This document shows, in pieces, positions 1-8,903 of a stretch of 32,000 nt of DNA (positions are counted from its first letter, which is position 1; every line of letters starts with the position of its first letter). The notes under the pieces were generated by a model. The model was not told where the DNA came from. It was given only the letters and a program-made list of their open reading frames with translations, and ran no database searches. Origin of the DNA: Kiritimatiella glycovorans (lineage in GTDB: Bacteria; Verrucomicrobiota; Kiritimatiellia; Kiritimatiellales; Kiritimatiellaceae); the NCBI RefSeq assembly GCF_001017655.1, contig NZ_CP010904.1:1770001-1802000 (forward strand), given 5' to 3'. The position numbers and the translations under genes were made by a program.

Positions 1-27
1 CATGGAATTCAGGCTCTATCCGTACCG

Positions 28-963
28 ATGAATGTCTGTGCCCACGAAAGAGAACGGTTCCCGGGCGGCGGGAAGGCCTTCACGCTCGTGGAGATGCTGC
101 TGGCCACGGCCATACTCTCGATTCTGCTGATGGCCCTGGTCTCCCTCTATCTGCAGACCACCGGGACGGCCGACCGCGCCCGTGCGCGGATAAAGCTGGC
201 GGTCCAGGTCAACAAGACTTTCGACCGAATGCAGGAGCATTTTTCCACCTGCATCCGGGACTGCCCGATGGGGCTGGACACACCCGGCGAGAGCGTCGCC
301 CATCTCGGAGACTATGCCGGCACGGAGTTCGCGTTTGTATGCCTCAACGGCACGGTCGACCCGCCGGCTTCCCGACTCGCGAGTTCCCAGTTCTATTACA
401 TCGACCATCAGACGGACATGGCGGGTCGTGAAGACCCGACCCGCTTCGCGCTCTACCTGCAGAATCAGAGCCGCGCCCGGACCAACCGGGCCTTCGGCGT
501 GCGGCACAAACCGATGTCCGGTTTTCTCGACCGGCGGCGCCGCGACGCCTCCGGGTCGAACGCGGGATGGCAGAGCGCGCAGCCGCTGCTGCCCAACGTC
601 GTCAGCATGTACGTCTACGTATACCGCTATCGGCCCGACGGCACTCTGGAAAACATCACGCCGGGGATGGACGGCAACCCGGACCCCCCGAAACAGTGGA
701 CTCCCTGGCCGACCGATATCCCCCCTCCGGAGGACGACCCCGGGATCCAGGCCACCTCGATCGAAGACATGCCCGACGCCGTCGCCGTCGAACTCGGGGT
801 GCTCACGCCCGAGGACGCCGACGCCCTGGCCCGCCGTATCGAATTCGGCGAAAGCGTCTCGCAGGTCATGGCGGACGATGAAGACAACATTTCGTGCCGC
901 ACCTTCCGGAGGCTGTTCGTCTTCAACCGGAGCCCCCGCACCCATCTGCAGTCGGAGAAGTAA
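28..963 (+). CDS. Prepilin-type N-terminal cleavage/methylation domain protein (T2SS/T4P pseudopilin)
   Basis: The N-terminus ...GGGKAFTLVEMLLATAILSILLMALVSL is a prepilin-peptidase-type motif followed by a hydrophobic helix. The stop lies 2 nt before the start of the GspK-like gene. Confidence 0.7.
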   Translation: MNVCAHERERFPGGGKAFTLVEMLLATAILSILLMALVSLYLQTTGTADRARARIKLAVQVNKTFDRMQEHFSTCIRDCPMGLDTPGESVAHLGDYAGTEFAFVCLNGTVDPPASRLASSQFYYIDHQTDMAGREDPTRFALYLQNQSRARTNRAFGVRHKPMSGFLDRRRRDASGSNAGWQSAQPLLPNVVSMYVYVYRYRPDGTLENITPGMDGNPDPPKQWTPWPTDIPPPEDDPGIQATSIEDMPDAVAVELGVLTPEDADALARRIEFGESVSQVMADDEDNISCRTFRRLFVFNRSPRTHLQSEK

Positions 964-965
964 TC

Positions 966-3074
966 ATGCGCACGTCTCAGGCATACGGAAACCGCGAACC
1001 GCGAGCGGGCATTGCGCTGATCGCCGTCATCGGCGTGCTTTCCGTGCTCATGTTGCTCGCCGTGTCTTTCGCGGCTTACATACGGACGGAACGCCTCATC
1101 TCACACGGCCATATCAACGACGGCAAGGCCGTGCAGCTCATGGATGCAGCCATCGCGCGAACCGCGGATTATCTATACGAGTACATGAACGAGGAGGTCG
1201 ACGGAAAGAAACGGCTCTGCACGGAGAGAGACGGCGACCGCCCCGTCGTTCTGCGCAGCGGCACGGGAGTCGACGTCCACATGTACGGAAGCAGCATCCA
1301 CGCCACGGCCCATCGATACGTCCCGCTGAATTTCACGGACCACCCCGACGACGGCGCCGGCTGGGAACCGATCCGCTACGGGGGCAGGCTGATCGGACGT
1401 TACGCGTTTCTGGCCTATGACTGCTCGGGTAAAATCGACATCTCGCACGCGGGAGGATACGACCCCGCGAGCGGAATGCGCGCCCGTTCCAACGCGGCCT
1501 CCGCCGCCGAACTGCAGCTCAGCGCGTCCGTGATCGCGGATATCGACGATGCCGAGGCCTATCTCAGCGACCGGCGGCAGTATCTGCGCCGATTCGAATC
1601 ACCGCTCGAAACCATCATCCCGACGGGCACCGTTTCCCGCGCCGGGGACGAACTGAACTGCCGCCGCGGCCGCGCCCGCGATCTCTATCACTTTTCTTTC
1701 TACCCCGCCTGGCGGCCCGGTTCCGACTCGCCCCGATTCGACCTCGGCAAACCGCTCGAGGCCTCCGGGGCCGACGCGGTCGCGGCGATATTTCAACACC
1801 TGGAAGACGAGGATCTGCTTGATTTCGGCGGCTGCACGTTCGGGGGCGAAGAGAGGGCCTTTACGGCCCGCGACATGGCGCGCAATCTGAGGGATTATGT
1901 CGATGCGGACCGGATCCCGGGCGACCTCGCGTCCTTCTGCACGGAATCGGTGCCCATGGCCGGCGAACTCATGGTCAGCAACAGCGTGGAAAAAGCGGGC
2001 AACACGTTCCGCCTCTATCTCGAAATGGCCTACCCCTTCCCCACCAACCGCAACGATCAGAGCTTCGCGGTCGAAGTGGAGGGCCTGCGCGTAACCTGCG
2101 GCGGTCAGGTGCAGGAGTACGACTGGGATTTCAGCTACACCCCGGACACCGAATCCGTCCATGTGGAAGAGAAATCCGTGACGCACCCCTCCACGAACTT
2201 CCCCGCCCGCGTGGACCTGGACCGCATCGTCACGCGAATGGGCGGGGACATGGTCGATGTCGTCAGCAATCTCACGGGCCGGATCAGCATGGAGCAGGGC
2301 GAAGCGAAAACTGTCGCGGTCCGCGACCCGAGGATCAATTTCGCGGGCACCGACACGAACCAGTGGGAAAGCGTTTCAACCAATTCGATCGGACGTCCGA
2401 ACCACGACGATGTGGACTTCATGTACGTCGCGGACCGCCCGCTCCGCAACGTGGCCGAACTCGGATACCTCAGTCACGGCATCCCCCGCCGGACGATCCG
2501 GCTTTACGGCCCGCAGCTCTGCCCGGTAACCGATTATTTCGTCGCCTCGAGCCGTCCGCCGGAGCAGGGGCTCATCCCTATCAACACCGAAAACAGAAAC
2601 GCACTGATCACCGCCTTCCTCGGCGCCCCCGTCTACGGGCAGATCTACCACGCTTTCGGGGACGACTGGAAAAACAGACGTGAACACAAGGTGAGTGAGT
2701 CCGAGGCGGCGCAGCTCGCGGATTTCTTCACCAACCTAACCCGCACTGCGGCGTTCACAAATTCGCTCGACTGGGCGCGCAATGAGGGGTTCTTCAACGA
2801 GATCGGATACGAGTTCGAGACCGAAGAGGCGCGCGAAGCCTTTGTGGGCATGATCCAGACGCTCATCGGCACCCGGAACGCGGTCTATACCTGTCTGATC
2901 AAGGTCCAGGCGATCGACGACCTCGACCGCAGCGGATCGTATACGGAGGGCGGGGATACGATCCTCGGCGAGAAGAATGTCGCCGCGGTCATCTGGCTCG
3001 ATCCGCGCCAGACCGACCGGCGCGATCAACCCCGCCTCTTCGTCCAGATGATCGACTGGAGGGTGGGGCAATAG
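966..3074 (+). CDS. GspK-like minor pseudopilin, unusually large (702 aa)
   Basis: ATG at 966 is preceded by GGAGAAG. The N-terminus RAGIALIAVIGVLSVLMLLAVSF resembles the GspK-type non-cleaved hydrophobic segment. It sits directly after a pseudopilin gene. GC3 is high throughout. Confidence 0.5.
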   Translation: MRTSQAYGNREPRAGIALIAVIGVLSVLMLLAVSFAAYIRTERLISHGHINDGKAVQLMDAAIARTADYLYEYMNEEVDGKKRLCTERDGDRPVVLRSGTGVDVHMYGSSIHATAHRYVPLNFTDHPDDGAGWEPIRYGGRLIGRYAFLAYDCSGKIDISHAGGYDPASGMRARSNAASAAELQLSASVIADIDDAEAYLSDRRQYLRRFESPLETIIPTGTVSRAGDELNCRRGRARDLYHFSFYPAWRPGSDSPRFDLGKPLEASGADAVAAIFQHLEDEDLLDFGGCTFGGEERAFTARDMARNLRDYVDADRIPGDLASFCTESVPMAGELMVSNSVEKAGNTFRLYLEMAYPFPTNRNDQSFAVEVEGLRVTCGGQVQEYDWDFSYTPDTESVHVEEKSVTHPSTNFPARVDLDRIVTRMGGDMVDVVSNLTGRISMEQGEAKTVAVRDPRINFAGTDTNQWESVSTNSIGRPNHDDVDFMYVADRPLRNVAELGYLSHGIPRRTIRLYGPQLCPVTDYFVASSRPPEQGLIPINTENRNALITAFLGAPVYGQIYHAFGDDWKNRREHKVSESEAAQLADFFTNLTRTAAFTNSLDWARNEGFFNEIGYEFETEEAREAFVGMIQTLIGTRNAVYTCLIKVQAIDDLDRSGSYTEGGDTILGEKNVAAVIWLDPRQTDRRDQPRLFVQMIDWRVGQ

Positions 3075-4158
3075 GTTTCAGCTCAAGATCGATCCACACG
3101 AGGTAATGATCCGAAGCGTGCGGGCCGGTTATCCATGCCCTGCCCTCTTCGCCGTTCGAAGGGCGGAACACCCTGCCGGCCTTTACGCGCCACCCGGTTT
3201 TGGAGGGCAGGACGTAGTCGACCCTTAATCCCCATGCGGCGGTTTTGTCCGCGGGCTGTTTTCCGGTACTGATGCGGGGATGCTCAAGCAGCTGTTCGAT
3301 CGCGCCGGGGCGGCTTTGACCGTGATCGGGGTCGGCGTTGTAGTCTCCGAGTATGACGAACCGCGCATCTTCCGGAAGCCCACCCCGCACCCCGGCATCA
3401 TCACGGATGTATGCGGATCGGGCTGGACCGATGTAGTCGGCCCAGAAACGGATCTCGTCGTGATTGCGGCGTCCGTTGAAGTCCTCCGGCCCGTCGAACA
3501 CCGGCGGCACGGGATGGGCGCAGAGGAGATGCGCGGTCGCGCCGCCGATTCGTACCGGCACGTCCCAGTGACTCTTCGACGAGAGCCGGAATCGACTCGC
3601 AGCCTGCTCCGGAAGGGCGGCCGGCCCCAGCGCACCGGGCATGTCCGCCCACCGGAACCGGCGGAATGTGCGGACGTGCTCACGCTCGATCGGGAAGCGC
3701 GACAGGAGCGCCATCCCGTACTGTCCGGGATAGAGGCCGTAACCGAAGGCGTCCTTCGCGCCCTCGCCGCGCCGCCCGTCGCCGTTCAGATCGAAGCCGG
3801 AAGGCACGCCCGTATTGACCGCCGCCGTAAACGCGTGGGGGTACGTGATCGGGGGCGGCCCGCCATCCGGCGCTTCGAGGTAGTGGCGGCGGAACCCGTC
3901 CAGCACCCTTCCCCCGGCGTCGTAATCGAACTCGTTGAGCAGGAGTATATCCGGCCGCACGGCGCGGATGATGTGCGCGACCTTCTCCGCGCGAACGTGA
4001 CCCGGAGCGGTCAGCTTCCGGGCCATTTCCCCCGCACGCTCTCCGTGAAGTGCGACGTTAAACGTGGCGATGCGGATCGTATCCGCGGATTCCCCGGGAG
4101 ACGACGGGATCAGCATCCCGGCGTACATGGAAAAGACGATCGTCCGCGTCACAGACAT
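2989..4158 (-). CDS. Endonuclease/exonuclease/phosphatase (EEP) family protein, secreted
   Basis: Motifs IATFNV, LLLNEFDYD, ILGDYNADP and SDHYLVWIDLEL are typical of the EEP fold, and the N-terminus is signal-like. The last ~30 codons overlap the GspK-like gene and have low GC3. Confidence 0.75.
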   Translation of the reverse strand: MSVTRTIVFSMYAGMLIPSSPGESADTIRIATFNVALHGERAGEMARKLTAPGHVRAEKVAHIIRAVRPDILLLNEFDYDAGGRVLDGFRRHYLEAPDGGPPPITYPHAFTAAVNTGVPSGFDLNGDGRRGEGAKDAFGYGLYPGQYGMALLSRFPIEREHVRTFRRFRWADMPGALGPAALPEQAASRFRLSSKSHWDVPVRIGGATAHLLCAHPVPPVFDGPEDFNGRRNHDEIRFWADYIGPARSAYIRDDAGVRGGLPEDARFVILGDYNADPDHGQSRPGAIEQLLEHPRISTGKQPADKTAAWGLRVDYVLPSKTGWRVKAGRVFRPSNGEEGRAWITGPHASDHYLVWIDLELKPIAPPSSRSSGRRGGVDRAGRSGADRAR

Positions 4159-4209
4159 GAACGCGATGATGACCGGCCCTTATTCAGGGATCGTTAGGGC
4201 CGGCTGCAT

Positions 4210-5694
4210 TTACGCCGTTTCGCGGAGCGAGCGGAAGCGTTCGAGCGCTTCCCGCCAGGGGGCGGAATCGCCGGGTTCGAGCGTTTGCGTCGGGAAGGAG
4301 TTGCGCACGACTTCTCTTCCTTCGGCGATCGAGCCGATATCCCCCATCGCCTCCATCTGCGCGAGCAGGTTGCCGATGGCGGTGGCCTCGACGGGGCCGG
4401 TGACGACGGTACGGCCGAGCGCATCGGCGGCGAACTGCGGCAGCAGCGGATTCTGCGAACCGCCGCCGACGATATGAAGCGTGTCGAGCGTCCTGCCGGT
4501 AATCCGTTCGAGGTCCTCGTACAGGTGGGCGTAGAGCAGCGCCAGCCCTTCGAGCGTGGCGCGGATATACCCGCCGGGAGTCGAGGGCGGCGTCTGGCCC
4601 GTCCGCTCGCAGTAGGCGTCGATCCGCGCGGGCATATCGCCGGGCGGAAGGAAATCAGGATGGCTCGGGTCGTACACGATTTCGAACGCCGGGGCCTTGG
4701 CCGCCATTTCACCGATCTCGTCCCAGGAGTACTTCGTGCCCGCCTCGGCCCAGACGCGGCGGATCTCCTGCTGCACCCAAAGTCCGGACAGGTTCTTGAG
4801 GAAGCGGATGGTGTCGTCGACCCCCACCTCGTTGGTGAAGTTGGCTTGAAGGGCTTCGTCGGAGATCACCGGCTCGTCGAGTTCGGTTCCGAGCAGCGAC
4901 CAGGTGCCGGCGCTGAGGTAGGCGAATTCTTTCCCCGCGGCGGGGACGGCGGCGACGGCGCTGGCGGTATCGTGACAGCCCGGCAGCACGACGTTCAGCC
5001 CCTCGGCGCCGGTCTCATCGGCCACGGCTGTGAGCAGCTGACCGAGACAGGTGCCGGGATTGCGCAGTTCGGGCAGAAACGAGGACGGGAGGCCCATTTC
5101 GCGCAGCATTCCGGCGGCCCATTTCTTCTCGACGGGATTGTAGAACTGGGTGGTGCTGGCGTTGGTGCGCTCGGCCACCGCGTGGCCGGTGAGCCAGTAG
5201 TGGATGAGGTCCGGGATGGTGAGAAAGGTGCGCGCCACTTTCAGCACGGGATCGTTGGCGAGAACCAGCGAGAGCATCTGGTAGAGCGTGTTGATCTTCA
5301 TGAACTGGATGCCGGTTTCCCGGAAGATCTGTTCGCGCGGCATGCGCTGGAAGGCGGCCTCCATCATGCCGTCGGTGCGCGAATCGCGGTAGTTGACGGG
5401 ATTGGCCAGCAGGTGGCCCCGCTCATCCAGCAGACCGAAATCCACGCCCCAGGTATCCACCCCCATGCTGACGAGTTCCCCGCTCGTCTGCGCAGCCCCG
5501 GCGCGGATGCCGAGCTTGATATGGTCGAAGATCGCGAGCACGTCCCAGTGGAGCGTGTCGAGTACGCGATGCGGGCCGTTGTCGAACCGGTGCACCTCTT
5601 CGAGGCTCAATTTCGATCCGTCGTAGCGCCCGATCAGCGCGCGCCCGCTCGATGCTCCGATATCCAGTGCCAGATAAGCCCGTGTCGCCGCCAT
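4210..5694 (-). CDS. rhaB: Rhamnulokinase (FGGY carbohydrate kinase family)
   Basis: LALDIGASSGRALIGRY, GVDTWGVDFGLLD, NYRDSRT, GIQFMKINTLYQ, HDTASAVAA, LSAGTWSLLG and HIVGGGSQN are collinear with E. coli RhaB motifs. Confidence 0.85.
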   Translation of the reverse strand: MAATRAYLALDIGASSGRALIGRYDGSKLSLEEVHRFDNGPHRVLDTLHWDVLAIFDHIKLGIRAGAAQTSGELVSMGVDTWGVDFGLLDERGHLLANPVNYRDSRTDGMMEAAFQRMPREQIFRETGIQFMKINTLYQMLSLVLANDPVLKVARTFLTIPDLIHYWLTGHAVAERTNASTTQFYNPVEKKWAAGMLREMGLPSSFLPELRNPGTCLGQLLTAVADETGAEGLNVVLPGCHDTASAVAAVPAAGKEFAYLSAGTWSLLGTELDEPVISDEALQANFTNEVGVDDTIRFLKNLSGLWVQQEIRRVWAEAGTKYSWDEIGEMAAKAPAFEIVYDPSHPDFLPPGDMPARIDAYCERTGQTPPSTPGGYIRATLEGLALLYAHLYEDLERITGRTLDTLHIVGGGSQNPLLPQFAADALGRTVVTGPVEATAIGNLLAQMEAMGDIGSIAEGREVVRNSFPTQTLEPGDSAPWREALERFRSLRETA

Positions 5695-5778
5695 GTCCGC
5701 TCTCCTTCCGGTCCGTTTTAACGCAGTCGGATTGGAACTTTAGCGAAACGCGCGCCGGTCTTCAATCTCCGCGTCGGA

Positions 5779-6459
5779 TCAGGAAAACGGGAAGATCACG
5801 AACGCCATGATATCGAACACGGCATGGCTGATGACGTTGACGGTGATCGAACGGAGGGTGCGAAAGAGCAGCCCCCAGTAAAGACCGCAGACCGCCGCGG
5901 CGATCAGAAGGATCCCGTTGCCGGTCGCGAGGTGTGCGGCGGCGTACAGCCCGGTCATGACGAAAAGGCCGGTGCGGAGCCCCGTGGTCTTTTCCGCGTA
6001 GGACTGGACGAAACCGCGCCAGAAGATTTCTTCGCCCGGTCCGATCAGGAATCCGAGGATCAGCATAAGTTCGACGGGCGACCGGCCCGCGCCCCAGGTA
6101 TACACGCCGGCGATCCGCTCGACGCCTCCGCTCCAGAGCAGCGCGACGCCCCACCGCCCGGCGGCGAACACCCCGTAGAGGAGCACGCCGGCGAAGGCGC
6201 CCAGGACCACCTTGCGAAAAATCCCCTGCCTGAGATCGTCGAGCATCGCGCGCGCGTACTCCTGCCGGCGGCCCATTGCGCTCATGATCAGCAGCAGAAG
6301 CGCGGCGCTCAGGCCCCACCAGACATCGAGCAGACCCGCGCCGTGAAAGACGAAGAGCGTGTTAAAGACGGCCACACCGAGCAGGCATACGGCGGCGGGG
6401 GGGATACGCGGAAGCGTGCCGGCCGTGGAGGATATGAAGCGCTGCAGCCGTTCAGCCAC
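5779..6459 (-). CDS. CPBP (CAAX) family intramembrane glutamic endopeptidase
   Basis: Multi-TM protein with GPGEEIFWRGFVQ (EExxxR), AAAH and ISHAVFD motifs. Start chosen at GTG 6459 (GTGGCTGA overlap with the upstream stop). The ORF is open up to 6555, so the start is uncertain. Confidence 0.75.
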   Translation of the reverse strand: MAERLQRFISSTAGTLPRIPPAAVCLLGVAVFNTLFVFHGAGLLDVWWGLSAALLLLIMSAMGRRQEYARAMLDDLRQGIFRKVVLGAFAGVLLYGVFAAGRWGVALLWSGGVERIAGVYTWGAGRSPVELMLILGFLIGPGEEIFWRGFVQSYAEKTTGLRTGLFVMTGLYAAAHLATGNGILLIAAAVCGLYWGLLFRTLRSITVNVISHAVFDIMAFVIFPFS

Positions 6460-7801
6460 GTCGTCTCCGGTTCCGCAGGCGGGATTCCAGTCTGAACACG
6501 AAATCCCAGAATTTCCGTTCGCGGGCGGCGTGTCGTTCCAGCCGCTCCGCGCCACGCGCCTCGTCGCGCGCCCTGCGCGCCTGCGTCCACGCGTCCGCTT
6601 TCGACCAGGCGGCGTCTTCGATCGCGCGGAAAAGGGCCGTCATTTTCCCGAAACATCCGGCCTCCGGAGCCGCCCTGCGGGCCCGGTCGCGCATCGCGAT
6701 AAAGCCGCGTTCCATGGAAATCCAGATCGATGCCGACCCGCGCGTGTCCTCTTCCAGACTCCAGGCCGGCGGAGCCGGGATCGCCCCGTCCTCCCTGCCG
6801 ACCAGCCGCTTCACGAAACGCCTGCGCAGCAGACGCATCAGGCCGAGGCCGAACGTGGACAGCAGGACCGCCGCCGGCTCCGGTATGACCTGCCATCCCA
6901 TATCGGTCATCATCGCCCATTCGAGATCGGTGGGTTCGCGCACCAACTGCCCTGCCCCGATCTGCGGGCTCATGAGCGCGCCGGGAAAGGTGCCTTCATC
7001 CAGGTGGCTGAGCGAGGAACCCGACGAATAGGTCTCCGGCGCGTAGATCGGGACAAGCCCGCCGTAGAGATTGGTCGCCGTGTCGCCATCCCAGTAGACC
7101 GGATTTCCGAGTTCATCAAAGTTATCGGGCACCCCGTTGGTCCCGACCGCGGGCCGATTACCCGCCGAATCGACAAGGTTCACATCCCAGGCCGTAAGGC
7201 CCTCGTAGACAGGGTCTCCCATTGCGTCCCGACCGACGTACCCGAAGAAGTCCTCTTCCGAAAGGTAACTGCTGGTGACGCCGACGGAGTGGCCCAATTC
7301 ATGAGTAATGACGCTGCGGAAATCAATCTGGCCGGGACCGGGACCGTCCTCTCCGAAATTCCAGCCCACGCCCGCGGCGTCCACGTCGTACCGGATCAGC
7401 GAATCCACGTCTATTTCAATGCCGTAATTCGCCGGATCGTCCTCTTCGCGCCATATGAACTCGCCGCTCTGCCAGCGCTGCCCGCCTCCGTAGACCTGGC
7501 TGCTGCCCGAGGATCCCAGCACGCCGGAGGGGAGGTCGTCCCAGAGGAGGTGCAGCGAGATCTGGCGGCCGGCGGTGTTCTGGATGCCGGCATCCCAGGC
7601 CTGAATCGCGGATTCGACGTCGGCCATCTGTTCCGCGGTCCAGTCCTGCTGGTTCGTGGTCGTCCCGTAGACATCACCCTCTTCGTAGAAGCTGACATCG
7701 AAAGGACCGTAGGTCTCAACGACGATCGCATCGGCCGGAAGACACAGCCCCGCCAGAAGCGCAAGCGCCCCCGCCCGTGCCGTGAAGATACGCATGCTCA
7801 T
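6452..7801 (-). CDS. Secreted zinc metalloprotease with a PEP-CTERM-like anchor followed by a 120-aa tail
   Basis: Signal peptide MSMRIFTARAGALALLAGLCLPADA, zinc motif HELGHSVG, and PEP-CTERM signature IPEPAAVLLSTFGLGLMRLLRRRF. The frame then stays open for 120 more codons with high GC3. Confidence 0.75.
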   Translation of the reverse strand: MSMRIFTARAGALALLAGLCLPADAIVVETYGPFDVSFYEEGDVYGTTTNQQDWTAEQMADVESAIQAWDAGIQNTAGRQISLHLLWDDLPSGVLGSSGSSQVYGGGQRWQSGEFIWREEDDPANYGIEIDVDSLIRYDVDAAGVGWNFGEDGPGPGQIDFRSVITHELGHSVGVTSSYLSEEDFFGYVGRDAMGDPVYEGLTAWDVNLVDSAGNRPAVGTNGVPDNFDELGNPVYWDGDTATNLYGGLVPIYAPETYSSGSSLSHLDEGTFPGALMSPQIGAGQLVREPTDLEWAMMTDMGWQVIPEPAAVLLSTFGLGLMRLLRRRFVKRLVGREDGAIPAPPAWSLEEDTRGSASIWISMERGFIAMRDRARRAAPEAGCFGKMTALFRAIEDAAWSKADAWTQARRARDEARGAERLERHAARERKFWDFVFRLESRLRNRRRRG

Positions 7802-7839
7802 TTAGCTCCCCCCTCGGGTGGGAGCTTCCCATCTTGCCA

Positions 7840-8634
7840 TCACGATTCAAAGCCAAAAAACCGCCGGGCATTGCCTGACGAGGCGGAAGCTATCTTTTCA
7901 CGCGCCGAGCCGTGCAGCGAGGCCACCGAGGCCAGCACATCCGGCAGTCGGGCGGGTTCGTTGGGTTTGAGCTGCTTCTCCGCGGAGGGCGAGCAGGGAA
8001 CATGATCGGGCGCGTCGGTTTCGATCAGCAGGCGGTCGAGCGGAACCCGCGCCACAATCTGCGAGGCCCGATGGTCGTCCGGCCGCGTGACCGTGCCGGA
8101 AAAGGAGATGAATGCCCCCATCTCCAGCAGCGCCTCCAGCGCCGTCGGCGGCGCCGCGCAGCAGTGGATCATCATCCCGCCCGGAACGGATACCTCCCGC
8201 AGCACGGCGGTCAGCCTGTCCCAGGCCCCCCGGCAGTGAATGGTGACCGGCCGTCCGAGTTCGGCGGCCACGCTCAGATGGTCGCGGAACACGCTTTCCT
8301 GGTCGGCGTGGTCCGGAACCTCCTTGGTGAAATCGAGCCCGGTCTCGCCGATCCCCGCCGCCGGGTAGCGCAGCAGAAACCGGATCAGCGTCGCGCGCCA
8401 GTTTCCGGTTCGCCCGCCGCCGTGCATCGGATGGAGGCCGAACGACGGATGAACGCAGGGGTACTGATCCGCGAGCGCGGCCACACGTTCCCAGTCGCGC
8501 TCCGTCCGGCCCTTCACGGCGATGCCCGCAACGCCGGCCTCCGCCGCGGCACGCAACACGGCTTCGCGTTCCGGGTAAAGCCGGTCGTCCTGCAGGTGCG
8601 TATGCGCGTCAAAGAGCTTCATCGAACCCGACAT
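7840..8634 (-). CDS. tatD: TatD family metal-dependent hydrolase/DNase
   Basis: MSGSMKLFDAHTHLQD..., later HCR.. and ETDAPD motifs. Start set at ATG 8634 (alternative ATG 8622), because the upstream part of the track ORF is a translation of the MITE. Confidence 0.85.
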   Translation of the reverse strand: MSGSMKLFDAHTHLQDDRLYPEREAVLRAAAEAGVAGIAVKGRTERDWERVAALADQYPCVHPSFGLHPMHGGGRTGNWRATLIRFLLRYPAAGIGETGLDFTKEVPDHADQESVFRDHLSVAAELGRPVTIHCRGAWDRLTAVLREVSVPGGMMIHCCAAPPTALEALLEMGAFISFSGTVTRPDDHRASQIVARVPLDRLLIETDAPDHVPCSPSAEKQLKPNEPARLPDVLASVASLHGSAREKIASASSGNARRFFGFES

Positions 8635-8687
8635 GTATCGTCGATCAGCGGGGAGCGCAACTTCGGGATGCGCATTTCCTGAGGACG

Positions 8688-8831
8688 CAGCAGTTCTCAT
8701 TATGGCCGCATTCCGACCGCGGACGGCGTGGCAGCCGTCCCTCCCGAGTCGATATCCGACGCATTTTCGGGCACTGGGAGGGTCGGGTGCCACCCCGACC
8801 GAAAAGGGTGAAGCCATAATGAGAATCGCTG
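8688..8831 (+). mobile_element. MITE-like element, copy 1 (144 bp, complete)
   Basis: TIRs are CAGCAGTTCTCATTATGGC and GCCATAATGAGAATCGCTG. Flanked by a perfect 9-bp direct repeat CTGAGGACG (8679-8687 and 8832-8840). 143/144 identical to copy 3. Confidence 0.85.
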
Positions 8832-8903
8832 CTGAGGACGCCGGGTTCTTGCCGCGGGCGGGGCGGCGGTGATAGCCTGACCTCTCCTTCAGGGAGTGCG
8901 CTT

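Noticed and set aside
4285-5721. Long ORFs antisense to annotated genes. Examples are 4285-5721(+), 6359-8005(+), 9447-10871(+), 12601-13908(+), 14342-16099(+), 20127-21578(-), 25665-26936(+), 26945-27934(-), 28090-29451(-) and 29358-30956(+).
   Set aside because: They have Arg/Gly/Pro/Ala-rich low-complexity translations with no recognisable motifs. Each mirrors a strongly supported gene on the other strand. These are typical shadow ORFs of GC-rich DNA, where stop codons are rare.
7803-7826. The hairpin AGCTCCC...GGGAGCT between the metalloprotease start and the tatD stop could be a tatD terminator.
   Set aside because: On the minus strand it is followed by an A-rich rather than a T-rich tract, so it does not fit a canonical intrinsic terminator. 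I left it unannotated.
8640-8840. A repeated protein segment MASPFSVGVAPDPPSARKCVGYRLGRDGCHAVRGRNAAIMRTAA appears in three different track ORFs (near 8700, 13700 and 18100).
   Set aside because: It is not a protein domain. It is the translation of the 144-bp MITE, which happens to be stop-free in that frame. TatD clearly starts downstream at MSGSMKLFDAHTHL.
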